Source: the human T2T-CHM13v2.0 reference genome, Homo sapiens. From it: a stretch of 64,000 nucleotides of DNA. Under the pieces are notes generated by a model. That model saw nothing but the letters and a program-made list of their open reading frames with translations, had not been told where the DNA came from and did not search any database. The DNA is taken from the NCBI RefSeq assembly GCF_009914755.1, contig NC_060943.1; one strand, written 5' to 3'. Of this stretch, positions 54,413 to 64,000 are shown in pieces (position 1 is the stretch's first letter; each line of letters begins with the position of its first letter). Made by a program: the position numbers and the translations under genes.

Positions 54413-54799
54413 ATATCCACAAATTATCCTGTGAGCAGAGCACTTTAGATATGAATATGATATCTGTATCTCTTTGAATGCTCATGGATAGTTCTTTGCT
54501 TCTGTATCATTTCTTGGCTACAGTTCAGATAACTGAGTTTATATGACATGATCTCTGAATCCATAAACTGTAATTGTGTCATCTCAGTGCCCCAAATATG
54601 ACAGTCATGGCAGTGTGCACATTTTGGACACTGTTCTGTGTTGGTTAAGGTCCAGTTTCTGCCAGGTGTGGTGGCTCACACCTGTAATCCCAGCACTTTG
54701 GGAGGCTGAGGTAGGCAGATCACTTGAGGTCAGGCGTTAGAGACCAGCCTCACCAACATGATGAAACCTTGTCTCTGCTAAAAATACAAAAATTAGTCA

Positions 54800-54955
<156 letters not shown>

Positions 54956-56399
54956 TCAGTTTCTGTTGTTTTGCTATGCACCCAGGACCAGGACTTGGTC
55001 ATCTCACTCATGAGTAACCAGCTTCTGTGAAAACCAGCTGATGTTGAAACACACACATTCACCTACAAAACCACGGTGTTATTTTACAGCAAAGGGAGTA
55101 GTATGTTCTTAAGACCCTTAATCCCTCCATAAATGGTTAGTCATCTGTAAAATAGTGGTAACTGTTTCCACTTCATGGGGTTTTGTAAGAATTACACAAC
55201 TAATACTAATAAAGTTCCTAGTGCCTCACACACTGTACCCAGTAACTACTAATATTATTATCCCCTAGGATTATTATTACTCCTAGTATTGAAGACATGT
55301 TACTTTAATCACCTGAGTGCCTTTCTCTCCATTGCTCTGTATTTTTATTTTATTTATTTATTTATTTTTTTGAGACAGAGTCTCGCTCTGTCACCCATGC
55401 CGGAATGCAGTGGCAGGATCTTGGCTCACAGCAACCTCCACCCAGATTCAAGTGATTCTCCTGCCTCAGCCTCCTGAGTAGCTGCAACTATAGGCGCGGG
55501 CCGCCACACCCAGCTAATTTTTGTATTTTTAGTAGAGGCGGGGTTTTGCCATGTTGGCCATGCTGGTCTTGAAGTCCTGGCCTCAGGTGATCCGACCACC
55601 TCGGCCTCCCAAAGTGCTGGGATTACAGGTGTAAGCCACAGCGCCTGGCCAGAGACCAGGTCTCTTCAAACAAAAAAACAAACAAAACCCCTAAATATTG
55701 ACAATGTCATCTGTGGATTCTACCCAGGAAATAACCCACATTAAAATGATGGTTTGTGAGGGTCGGCAGGGGTATAGTGTATTTCATCCAAAAACATAAC
55801 AAATGTGTGATCCAATTATAATAGCAATTATGGGAAAAGCTGTCGGTGACTGATAAGGAGTTATAAAAGAAAAGACTCAAATTTACACAGGCTTTTCAAA
55901 AGATCATAATCCTGCTATTGGAGGTGGAAGTCTTCTAGACACTAACAAGGTGGAGAGAAATCTCCATGTGGAGGCCCAGATTAAACATCTCCCATCAAAG
56001 TGGAACTCGTCAAATGTCCTAAGACACCTAAGGCCGTCCCCAGGCGCCCTGACAATAAAAGGTAACCAGAACACGAGAGAAATTACTCTGGGAGTACCTT
56101 TCACATTCAAGGTGTGCAGTAGGAAATTTATAAATTGGCATCTGGCTCGTCCATTCATTTCTCATTGGTGTGGTTCACGTGTGCTTGCAAAGGTCAGACT
56201 TCTGCCCTTCGAATGTCCTCTCTCCCTCTCCCACAGAAAACACCCACATGTGGATCCTTGTTTAAAGCAGAAAGTCCTAGTCCTTAGCTTTTAGTGAGGT
56301 GGATGTCATCAGGCCTGGGTTGGCATCCTGTTTTTTACCATGGCAAGTCATATGCGCCCTTAAGCATTCCTGCTTTTGGTCCAAGCTTCCTGCGTGGGA

Positions 56400-57500
56400 A
56401 TACTGCGGTCCTCCTTTCAGGCAGCTGTGAATGACAAACGGTCGCTGGCTGCCGTGACACCCATTGTCCCGCGAGAGTGCCCTAGCTGGGCCCCAGTGCA
56501 CTCGAGGCGGTCCCTGCTCGGGTGCCCCTCCCACAGGCAGGCGCCGTTGCCGACCAAACGCCCAGGTTCACCCAACGCCAGAGGCTCGTCCTCAATTCCC
56601 GCGAGGCCCCCGGAGGTGCTGGGGTCCCTGCAGGGCCGGGCCACCTGCCGTGGAGCTCAGGCCGCGCCAGAATCGGATCCGGGAAGCTGCGCGCCATGAG
56701 CAGCTCCCTGCGGCCGGGCCCCAGCCGCTGGCGGCGGGCGGCCAGCATCGTCCTGGCGGCTGGCTGGTCGCGCCCGGAGACCGCCACCCCGCCGTCGCGC
56801 CCGCCGCCGGCCGAGGGCTTCCGGCTGCTGCTGCTGCAGCGCTCCCCGCACCAAGGCTTCATGCCGGGCGCGCACGTCTTCTCCGGCGGAGTGCTGGATG
56901 CGGCCGACCGCTCGGCGGACTGGCTGGGCCTCTTCGCGCCGCACCACGGGCCGCCGCGCTTCGGCCTGGGCCCGGCGCCATTCAGCCGCACCGCTTTCCC
57001 GTCGCTGCCCGACACCGATGACCACAAGACCGACAACACTGGGACGCTGCCTGAGGACGTAGCCTTCCGCATCTGCGCCGTGCGGGAGGCCTTTGAGGAG
57101 GCGGGCGTGCTGCTGCTGCGGCCCAGGACTTCCCCACCAGGCCCAGCACCCGGGCCTGGCCTCGCCCTGGAGCCACCGCCGGGCCTGGCCTCCTGGCGCG
57201 ACCGCGTGCGCCAGGACCCGCGCCACTTCCTGCGGCTGTGCGCCCACCTCGACTGCACACCCGACATCTGGGCGCTGCACAACTGGAGCGCCTGGCTCAC
57301 CCCTTTCTTGCGGGGCACCACTCGCCGCTTTGACACGGCCTTCTTCCTGTGCTGCCTGCGCGAGCCGCCGCCCGTCTACCCCGACTTGGCGGAGGTGGTG
57401 GGCTACCAGGTAAGGCCTGCTCAGGGCCTTGCTGCGGACCGCCAGGACGTGAGAGGGAGGACCCCTCCCAGCGGCCCAGGCCCCCAAGGGACCCCCGCAT
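56400..57500. promoter_or_regulatory. NUDT19 CpG island and promoter
   Basis: GC- and CpG-rich block covering the start and exon 1. Confidence 0.88.
56696..57409 (+). CDS. NUDT19: NUDT19 exon 1 (acyl-CoA diphosphatase, Nudix hydrolase 19), codons 1-238
   Basis: GCCATGA start; MSSSLRPGPSRWRRAASIVLAAG...; CoA-box-like LLLQRSPHQGFMPGAHVFSGG and Nudix box AVREAFEEAGV separated by an insertion; donor CAG|gtaagg; 714 nt. Confidence 0.97.
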
Positions 57501-57840
57501 AGGCCAAGCCCAGAGAGATTAAGCAGCAAGGAACGCTTAGACGGGCTGGAAACTCTCACCCCTGTAGACCAAAGCCATGCTCTTGGTGAAGTGCTCTCTG
57601 CTTTCCTAGGCTTTGGGGTCTCAAGGCCTGGAGCCTGTCTCTCCACGTGGTTCCTCCAGCGTGGCCACTGTGTAAGCACTTGTACATGTGTAGACATAGT
57701 ACATCTCCACAGCCGTTTAATTTGGTTTTCTTGGAGAACAGACTTAATATGATCCAGTCTTCCTATTTTTATTTATTTTTGGTACAGATGGGGGTCTTGT
57801 CTCTCTGTGTTGCACACCCAGGCTCGTCTCCAGCTCCTGG

Positions 57841-58589
57841 TGTGTCCAGAATTGGTTCCTTCCAGTGGGTTCTTGGTCTCGCTGACTTTAAGAATAAAGC
57901 CGCGGACCCTCGAAGTGAGTGTTACAGTTCTTAAAGATGGTGTGTCCAGTTTCTTCCTTCAGATGTTCAGATGTGTCTGGAGTTTCTTCCTTCTGGTAGG
58001 TTCGTGGTCTCGCTGACTTCAGGATTGAAGCCGCAGACCTTCGCAGTGAGTGTTACAGCTCTTAAAGGTGGTGCGTCAGGAGTTGTTTGTTCCTCTTGGT
58101 GGGTTTGTGGTCTCGCTGGCTTCAGGAGCGAAGCTGCAGACATTTGTGGTCAGTGTTACAGCTTATAAAGGTAGTGCGGACCCAAGGAGTGAGCAGCAGC
58201 AAGATTTATTGCAAAGAGCAAAAGAACAAACCTCCCACAGCGGAAGGGGATCAGAGCAGGTTGGGTGCTGGTGGCTGGGTGGCCAGCTTTTATTCCCTTA
58301 TTTGGCCCTGCCCATGTCCTGCTGATTGGTCCATTTTGCAGAGTGCTGATTGGTCCATTTTTACAGAGTGCGGATTGGTGCGTTTACAAATCTTTAGCTA
58401 GACAGAGCACTGATTGGTGCGTTTTTACATAGTACTGATTGGTGCATTTACAAACCTTTAGCTAGACACAGAGCACTGATTGGTGCGTTTTTACAGAGTG
58501 CTGATTGGTGCATTTACAAATCTTTAGCTAGACAGAAAAGTTCTCCAAGTCCCCACTGGACCCAGGAAGTCCAGGGGCTTCACCTCTCA
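57841..58589 (-). mobile_element. 3' LTR12 (ERV9) of an antisense provirus
   Basis: Minus strand TGAGAGGTGAAG...GAACCAATTCTGGACACA; 7 CCAAT repeats (58325-58508); AATAAA-type TATA 58289-58294; poly(A) signal 58205-58210; three U5 repeats; polypurine tract 58590-58600. Confidence 0.93.
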
Positions 58590-58645
58590 ATCCCGCCTCT
58601 AAACAGGGCACCCCATCTGCTGTTGGGAATTGGGCAATGACTGCT

Positions 58646-59348
58646 CTAGCTACTTCCTGCTGGACAGGGGCAAAGAAGGGGCCCTGCAGTTGTAGTGTCC
58701 TCCAGAGGGGAACTCTCTAGGCCAGTGAAAGGGCCAGTGGGTCGGTCCAGGGGTCCTCGGTAGAAGTTGTTAGTTGAGCTCATTTGGGTTTCCGTTTGTA
58801 AGACCATCTGTAGTTTGATGGCCTTGATTCTAGAGGAAACAAATTTGACAAGGAGGTTAAAAATACAGGGCCCGAAGGCGAGTAATAGTAAAACGGCTGT
58901 CACAGGATGTAGAAAGGGGAGAAGCCATGTTGCCCAACTCCAGAGGTTGGTATAAGAGTTTGAAAGGCGTTGTCTGATTTCAGAAACCTTTTCCTGTAAA
59001 TGCCGGGCGGCATCTTGCACTATCCCTGACTTGTTAGTGTAAAAACAACACTCTTCCCCTAAGGTGCAAAGTCCTCCTTTCTCAGCAGTGAGGAGGTCTA
59101 GGCCTCGGGGGTTTTGGAGAGTCACTGCTGCCAGAGTCTATTTGGGATTGTAGTTACTATCCTTACTGAATAGATTTTGTTATTTCTTGCAAACTGTCTG
59201 AGAAATACTTTGAGAGTGTGTGGTAGTAAGATAATGAAGTAGATAAACTGGCTATTCCGGTTCCTGTAGCAGTGGCCATTTCTAGCCCTATAAGTAGGGG
59301 TATCAGTTGTATGGCCCTGTGCTGATGGACTTGAGCTTTGAGGGGCAC
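58646..59348 (-). pseudogene. HERV9 env remnant (TM subunit)
   Basis: Fusion peptide AIQLIPLLIGL, immunosuppressive domain LQNPRGLDLLTAEKGGLC, CTLGEECC, TM WLLPFLHPVTAVLLLLAFGPC; broken frame at ~59160; SU largely missing. Confidence 0.92.
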
Positions 59349-59905
59349 TGATAGGGTCTGATGTCCATAAGATTAGAAGTTAGGATAATATGTGTTACAC
59401 TGTTAACTTTTAGCAAACTTTACTTTTGTTGAAAACCTTAAGTTTGGGATTTCAATTATTCTTTGCTATTAATAAGACCTCGTTCAGTCCATATTCACTT
59501 AAAATTGGTATAGATGGCTCCTTCCTGATTCTGTAAGTACTTTAAGGTTTGGCTGAGTGCAAACAGCTTGCACATTTGAGCAGACCAATTATTAGGCAAT
59601 TTTCCTAACTCTGCTTCTGTAAGAGTTTCCTTATCACGTACTGAGTACCCATTGTGTCTTTTTCCTTAATCGCCCAGGAGGAAACATCTATCATCCTGTC
59701 CTGAAGGGGGTTCCTCCTATGTCTGGTCAGACCTTCAGATTTAGATCCCCTGTTAGGAACCTGCTGGGTTAAGGATTTTTGATAGGAAGGCTACAGGTTG
59801 TCAGTGGCCTCAGTGCTTTTGGGCTATGCCCTTGTTTACACTGACAACAAGGTGGTATTGGAGTGTTACAGGGTTACAGAGAAGACCTTCAATTATCAAT
59901 TGTAG

Positions 59906-60196
<291 letters not shown>

Positions 60197-60364
60197 ATTA
60201 TATATTTTAAATTTACCCTGGCTTTTAAAGGAATAGGGTGCACTGTTTTTTCTTTACTACTTCTATCTCTTTCTCTCTGACTCCTTTGTCTCTTCCTCTC
60301 TTTCCTTCTGTCTTTGACTTTGCCTCTTTCTCTCTGCTGGTCTTTCCCTGCCTCTGCCAGCCGC

Positions 60365-61590
60365 TTATGCTGCCGTTCTCCCTTCTCCTTCCCCTTTTTG
60401 ATGGCTTCGGCAGTGTAAGACTGCCACCTCCTTGGGTTTTTGCATTGAGTGCAATAACTCCATGATTTCCTTGTGGTATTTAATGGGGGTTCCCCCAGAG
60501 GTTAGGAACGCTCTTTCTTTACATATTGCAGCATGGGCATGTAGGATTAGATAAGCATACTTGCTATCTGTATACACGTTTTTTCTTTTTTCCTTTCCCA
60601 GTTCTAAGGCTCGGGTAAGTGCCACTAGTTCTGCTAACTGGGTGCTGGTCCCTGGGGGAAGAGGTTTACTTTCAAGTACGGTTACATCACTAACTGTGGC
60701 ATAACCTGCCCTTCGTATCCCATTTTCCACAAATGAACTTCCATCGGTATATAGGTTAAGGTCAGGATTAGCTAACGGGACTTCTAAGAGATCCTTTCAG
60801 GCGGCATAAGTCTGGACTACTACCTGTTGGCAGCCATGCTTGACCCGCTCCCTATCCTCTGGGAGAAAAGTGGCAGGGCTGAGGGCCACACATGTATGCA
60901 CTTGAAGCACTGGTCACTCAAGGAGTAGTGCCTGGTATCTAAGCAGGTGGTTTTCTGATAGCCATAAACTTCCTTTGGCACCTAGTTTGCCATTTACATC
61001 ATGAGTAGTCCAGACAGTGAGATCCTTTCCTTGTATTATTTTGATAGCCTCTGACACTAAGACAGCCACTGCCACAACTACCCCTAAACAGTTAGTCTAG
61101 CCTTTTGCTACTGTATCAGTTTCCTTAGGTATGCCACTGGTTGTGGAGTTGTCCCATGAGTCTGAGTAAGGACCCCAAGAGCTATTCCTGCTCTCTCTGT
61201 GACGTTTAAAGAAAAGTTTCGTCCTGTGGGAAGGCTTAAGGCTAGAGCTTGAGTTTGTTCCTTCCAATGCCCAGACTTCAGGGTTGATTCCCTCCCCAAG
61301 CAGGGGACAACAAATGGGTAACTTGTTCCCCATATTCATGTAGATAATAGCTCCAGCTTTGGCTAATATATCCCTCCCTAATAAGGGTGTGGGACTTTCA
61401 GGCATAACAAGAAAGGCATGTGAAAGGAGCAAAGTCTCCCAATTACAACTGAGGAGGTGGGAGAAATACCTGGTTACAGCCTGTCCCAGGATTCCTCGGA
61501 TGGTAACAGACCTTGAGGACAGCTCCAAGACAGGAAATTAACACTGAGAAAGCCACGCCAGTGTCCAGGAGGAAGTCAATTTCCTGGCCC
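60365..61590 (-). pseudogene. HERV9 pro/pol remnant (protease, RT connection, RNase H)
   Basis: IDFLLDTGVAFSV (DTG at 61557-61565) and PTPLLGRDIL; RNase H QLAELVALTRAL..YTDSKYA..HCRSHQK; no RT LPQG/YxDD core or integrase seen. Confidence 0.92.
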
Positions 61591-61614
61591 TCAATGGTTA
61601 TACATACCCAGGAC

Positions 61615-63133
61615 TCAGTGAGAGTGATGACATGAGCTGGTGCTTTCCCTGGGCACCCTCAGTCTTGTTGCATCATCTGGTTGGTGGCTTCTGTCCCAGA
61701 GAACCTTTGTCCTCTGGGGCAGTGTGTCTTCCAGTGATTGCCTCGGCATAGTGGACATGGGCGAGGGGGCAGCTTGTTTCTCATAGGACAATCTTTTTTT
61801 TAAAAAGTGTCCTTGTAAACCACACTGATAACAAGCCCTACCAGGTGATTGGCCTGCTCCATTCTCTGTCCCCTCTGAACCACCAAGGTTTGTTTGTCTG
61901 AGGGCCATGACTAAGTCTGCGGCCTTTCTATTATCTCACTTTTACTTTTGGGCCTGTCCATCTTGGTCCCTATTATAGAACACTGAGGTTGCCAGGTTTA
62001 ATAATGCTTCCAGAGTTTGTTCAGGGCCCAGGGCTCGCTTTTGGAGCTTTCTCCTGATATCCACAGATGATTGGGTAATAAACTTGTCTTTTAGGATCAA
62101 TTGACCCTCAAGTGAGTCGGGTGACAGGGGAGTGTATTTTCTTAAGGCCTCCCGTAGCTGCTCGTGGAAGGCAGAAGCATTTTCTTCCTTTCCCTGAGTT
62201 ATGGTGGACATCATTGAATAATTCATGGGCTTTTTCCTAATACTCCTTAGTCCTTCTAGAACACAAGTCAGCAGATGTTTACGACTCCAGTCCCCATGAT
62301 CTGAGTCGAGGTCCCAGTGGGGATCCATACTGACTTACTGACATACGGCTTGCTGACTAGTAAGGAATTTGTCCCTTTCTTCAACTGTCATTCTATCATT
62401 TACTGGACTAAGATACCAGGTATCTCCAAACTCTTGGGCTGCAGCTAAAGCCACATTCTTTTCATTAAAGGCCAGGGTTTGATCTAACACTAGCATGACA
62501 TCTCTCCAAGTGAGATAGAAGGTTTGCCCTCGACCCTGTAGGACATCTGTATACCTATCAAGATCATCTGAAAGCTTCCCAAGGTCTGCCTTGATCTGCT
62601 TAAAATCAGAGAGGGAGAAGGGAACATGTACCTAGGTTGGGCCAAATTCCGCTCCCCCTACAGCTTGAAGGGGACATAACCGATAGCCCGGGAAGGGGGC
62701 GTTTGTGATCCTTTGGAGATTTCTTTGCTTATTTCCTTCTGGGCAGCGGACATTAGAGGAGGATTATCATTAATAGGAAGGGGAGCTATAGGGAGGCTAG
62801 GATATGGAGGTAAGCTGAGAGGTCCTCCTGTGGGATGTAAATTGCAAGCTTTGCATACTTGGGTATTCTCCTTCAATGAAAAGAAAACTTAGACATAAGG
62901 TATTTCACTCCATTTGCCTTCCCTCTTACAGAAAAGGTCAGGCTGCAGGATAGTACTGTAGTTTATACTTCCCTCAGGTGGCCATTTTTCCCCATCAGAG
63001 AGAGAAATTGGGGCCAGGCTGTAGTATAGAAAAAAATGAGCCACCTCTTTTTCAGGGTTTGTGGGTCAAATTGGTCCCAGTGGCTTAGGATGCATTTCAA
63101 GGGTGAGCCTGTTGATGCCTGAGTGTTTCCCAT
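61615..63133 (-). pseudogene. HERV9 gag remnant
   Basis: MGNTQASTGSPLKCILSHWDQFDPQTLKK (ATG 63133); MHR-like ITQGKEENASAF..LREALRKYT; knuckle CYQCGLQGH; frameshifts and stops. Confidence 0.92.
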
Positions 63134-63180
63134 CTGAAAGACAAAACCGCCTGTGGTTTTGGTTTGTTTGTTTCTCCCCC

Positions 63181-63416
63181 TGCCCAAGAACCTGCAACGG
63201 TCCCTGGACCCTGCTGATCGGAATAGTTGTGCTCACCAATGCAGCAGCAGAAACACCTCTTGCCCAAGAACCTGCAACAGTCCCCGGACCCTGCTGATTG
63301 GAGTAGTTGTGCTCACCAACGCAGCAGCAGAAACAACCCCTGCCCAAGAACCCGCAACAGTCCCTGGACCCTGCTGATCAGAATGGTTGTGCTCACTGAC
63401 ACAGCAGCAGAAACAC
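63181..63416. repeat. 3 x 80-bp tandem repeat in the ERV9 leader
   Basis: TGCCCAAGAACC..GCAGCAGCAGAAACA units at 63181, 63261 and 63341. Confidence 0.95.
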
Positions 63417-64000
63417 TAGTTCTCCTAGACCACAAGGAGGAATGAGGAAGGTCAGATTTCGTGGCCCTTACCAACACATTCTCGAAAACCTGCGCCCTTT
63501 CCTGTCCTCCTAGACCTCAAAGAGGACTGAGAAAAATCAGATTTAGTGGCCCTTACTGATGCATTCTTGGAAAACTGTTGGAGTCCTAAGCATTCTCCTG
63601 TTAGTATTGGGACCTTACCCATGTCCTATAAAGATGTTATGCCCCCAAAATGAAGTGGAGGGCCATACCCTGAGGGAGGGAAGGGATCTCCAGAGTTGGA
63701 AGAGTGAAGCCTTTTATCCCCAGTTATATGAATAGGAAGGATACAATTTCTGAGGCTCCCGATATCCTAGTTTCAGGAATAGCTTTTGTTAGGCCTGCTT
63801 TTCTGAGGAGGGATTCTAAAATTCCAGATAATCCCCCCTACGATGGGGCTTTGAGCAAAAACTGTGTCTTTCTGATTGGTGAGCCCGGGTGTCTAAAGAA
63901 GGTAACAGAGTCCTGAAGTTTATCCTAGAAATCATTCTTACAGGAGAAACTAGAAAAGCACCAGAGATGGAGTGGTTTTTAGAAGTGGGACTAGCCTCAA

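Noticed and set aside
55887-56166. Further minus-strand exon-like pieces near the NUDT19 promoter
   Set aside because: The implied intron of 49 nt is too short and the donors are weak, so they were left out of the exon chain.
56522-56695. 58-codon in-frame extension upstream of the NUDT19 ATG
   Set aside because: GTG start in promoter DNA, probably upstream of the TSS; the recognised protein begins at MSSSLRPG.
57410-57502. NUDT19 ORF continuing to a stop at 57502
   Set aside because: Read-through of a strong CAG|gtaagg donor; the remaining exons lie beyond the window.
58646-59348. Possible intact, syncytin-like env gene
   Set aside because: SU is mostly deleted, the furin site is degenerate (HQHR), the frame is broken at ~59160, and CX6CC is shortened to CX5CC.
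63181-63416. Regularly spaced repeats resembling a CRISPR array (also 681-860 and 58320-58520)
   Set aside because: Pure tandem repeats without unique spacers, in human retroelement context.

Overview
Human (primate) genomic DNA matching the ANKRD27-RGS9BP-NUDT19 region (19q13.11, recognised from the encoded proteins). Minus strand: ANKRD27/VARP exons 1-12 (non-coding exon 1 near 39.8-39.9 kb; coding exons 2-12 at 23748-4117, codons 1-372 up to the end of the VPS9 domain); the gene continues off the left edge. Plus strand: single-exon RGS9BP (40996-41703), head-to-head with ANKRD27 in one CpG island, and NUDT19 exon 1 (56696-57409). NUDT19 intron 1 holds an antisense, internally deleted HERV9/LTR12 provirus that runs off the right edge. 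The rest is very Alu-rich and includes an RPS12 processed pseudogene, an Alu-interrupted 7SL pseudogene, a MER52-type solo LTR, MaLR LTRs, MER8/MER33 fossils and two young Alus (Ya5, Yb7/8). The most intriguing unexplained signal is a chain of about 11 exon-like segments on the minus strand between RGS9BP and NUDT19 (43.5-50.9 kb, possibly to 55 kb) ending in a poly(A) signal. It may be a decayed multi-exon gene (unitary pseudogene) or a spliced lncRNA. Other leads: an LTR12 promoter aimed at a 346-codon antisense ORF over NUDT19 exon 1, a uORF cluster and candidate poison exons in ANKRD27, and CRX/NRL-like motifs in the RGS9BP 3' UTR. Repeat family names and reference comparisons are from memory and were not searched.
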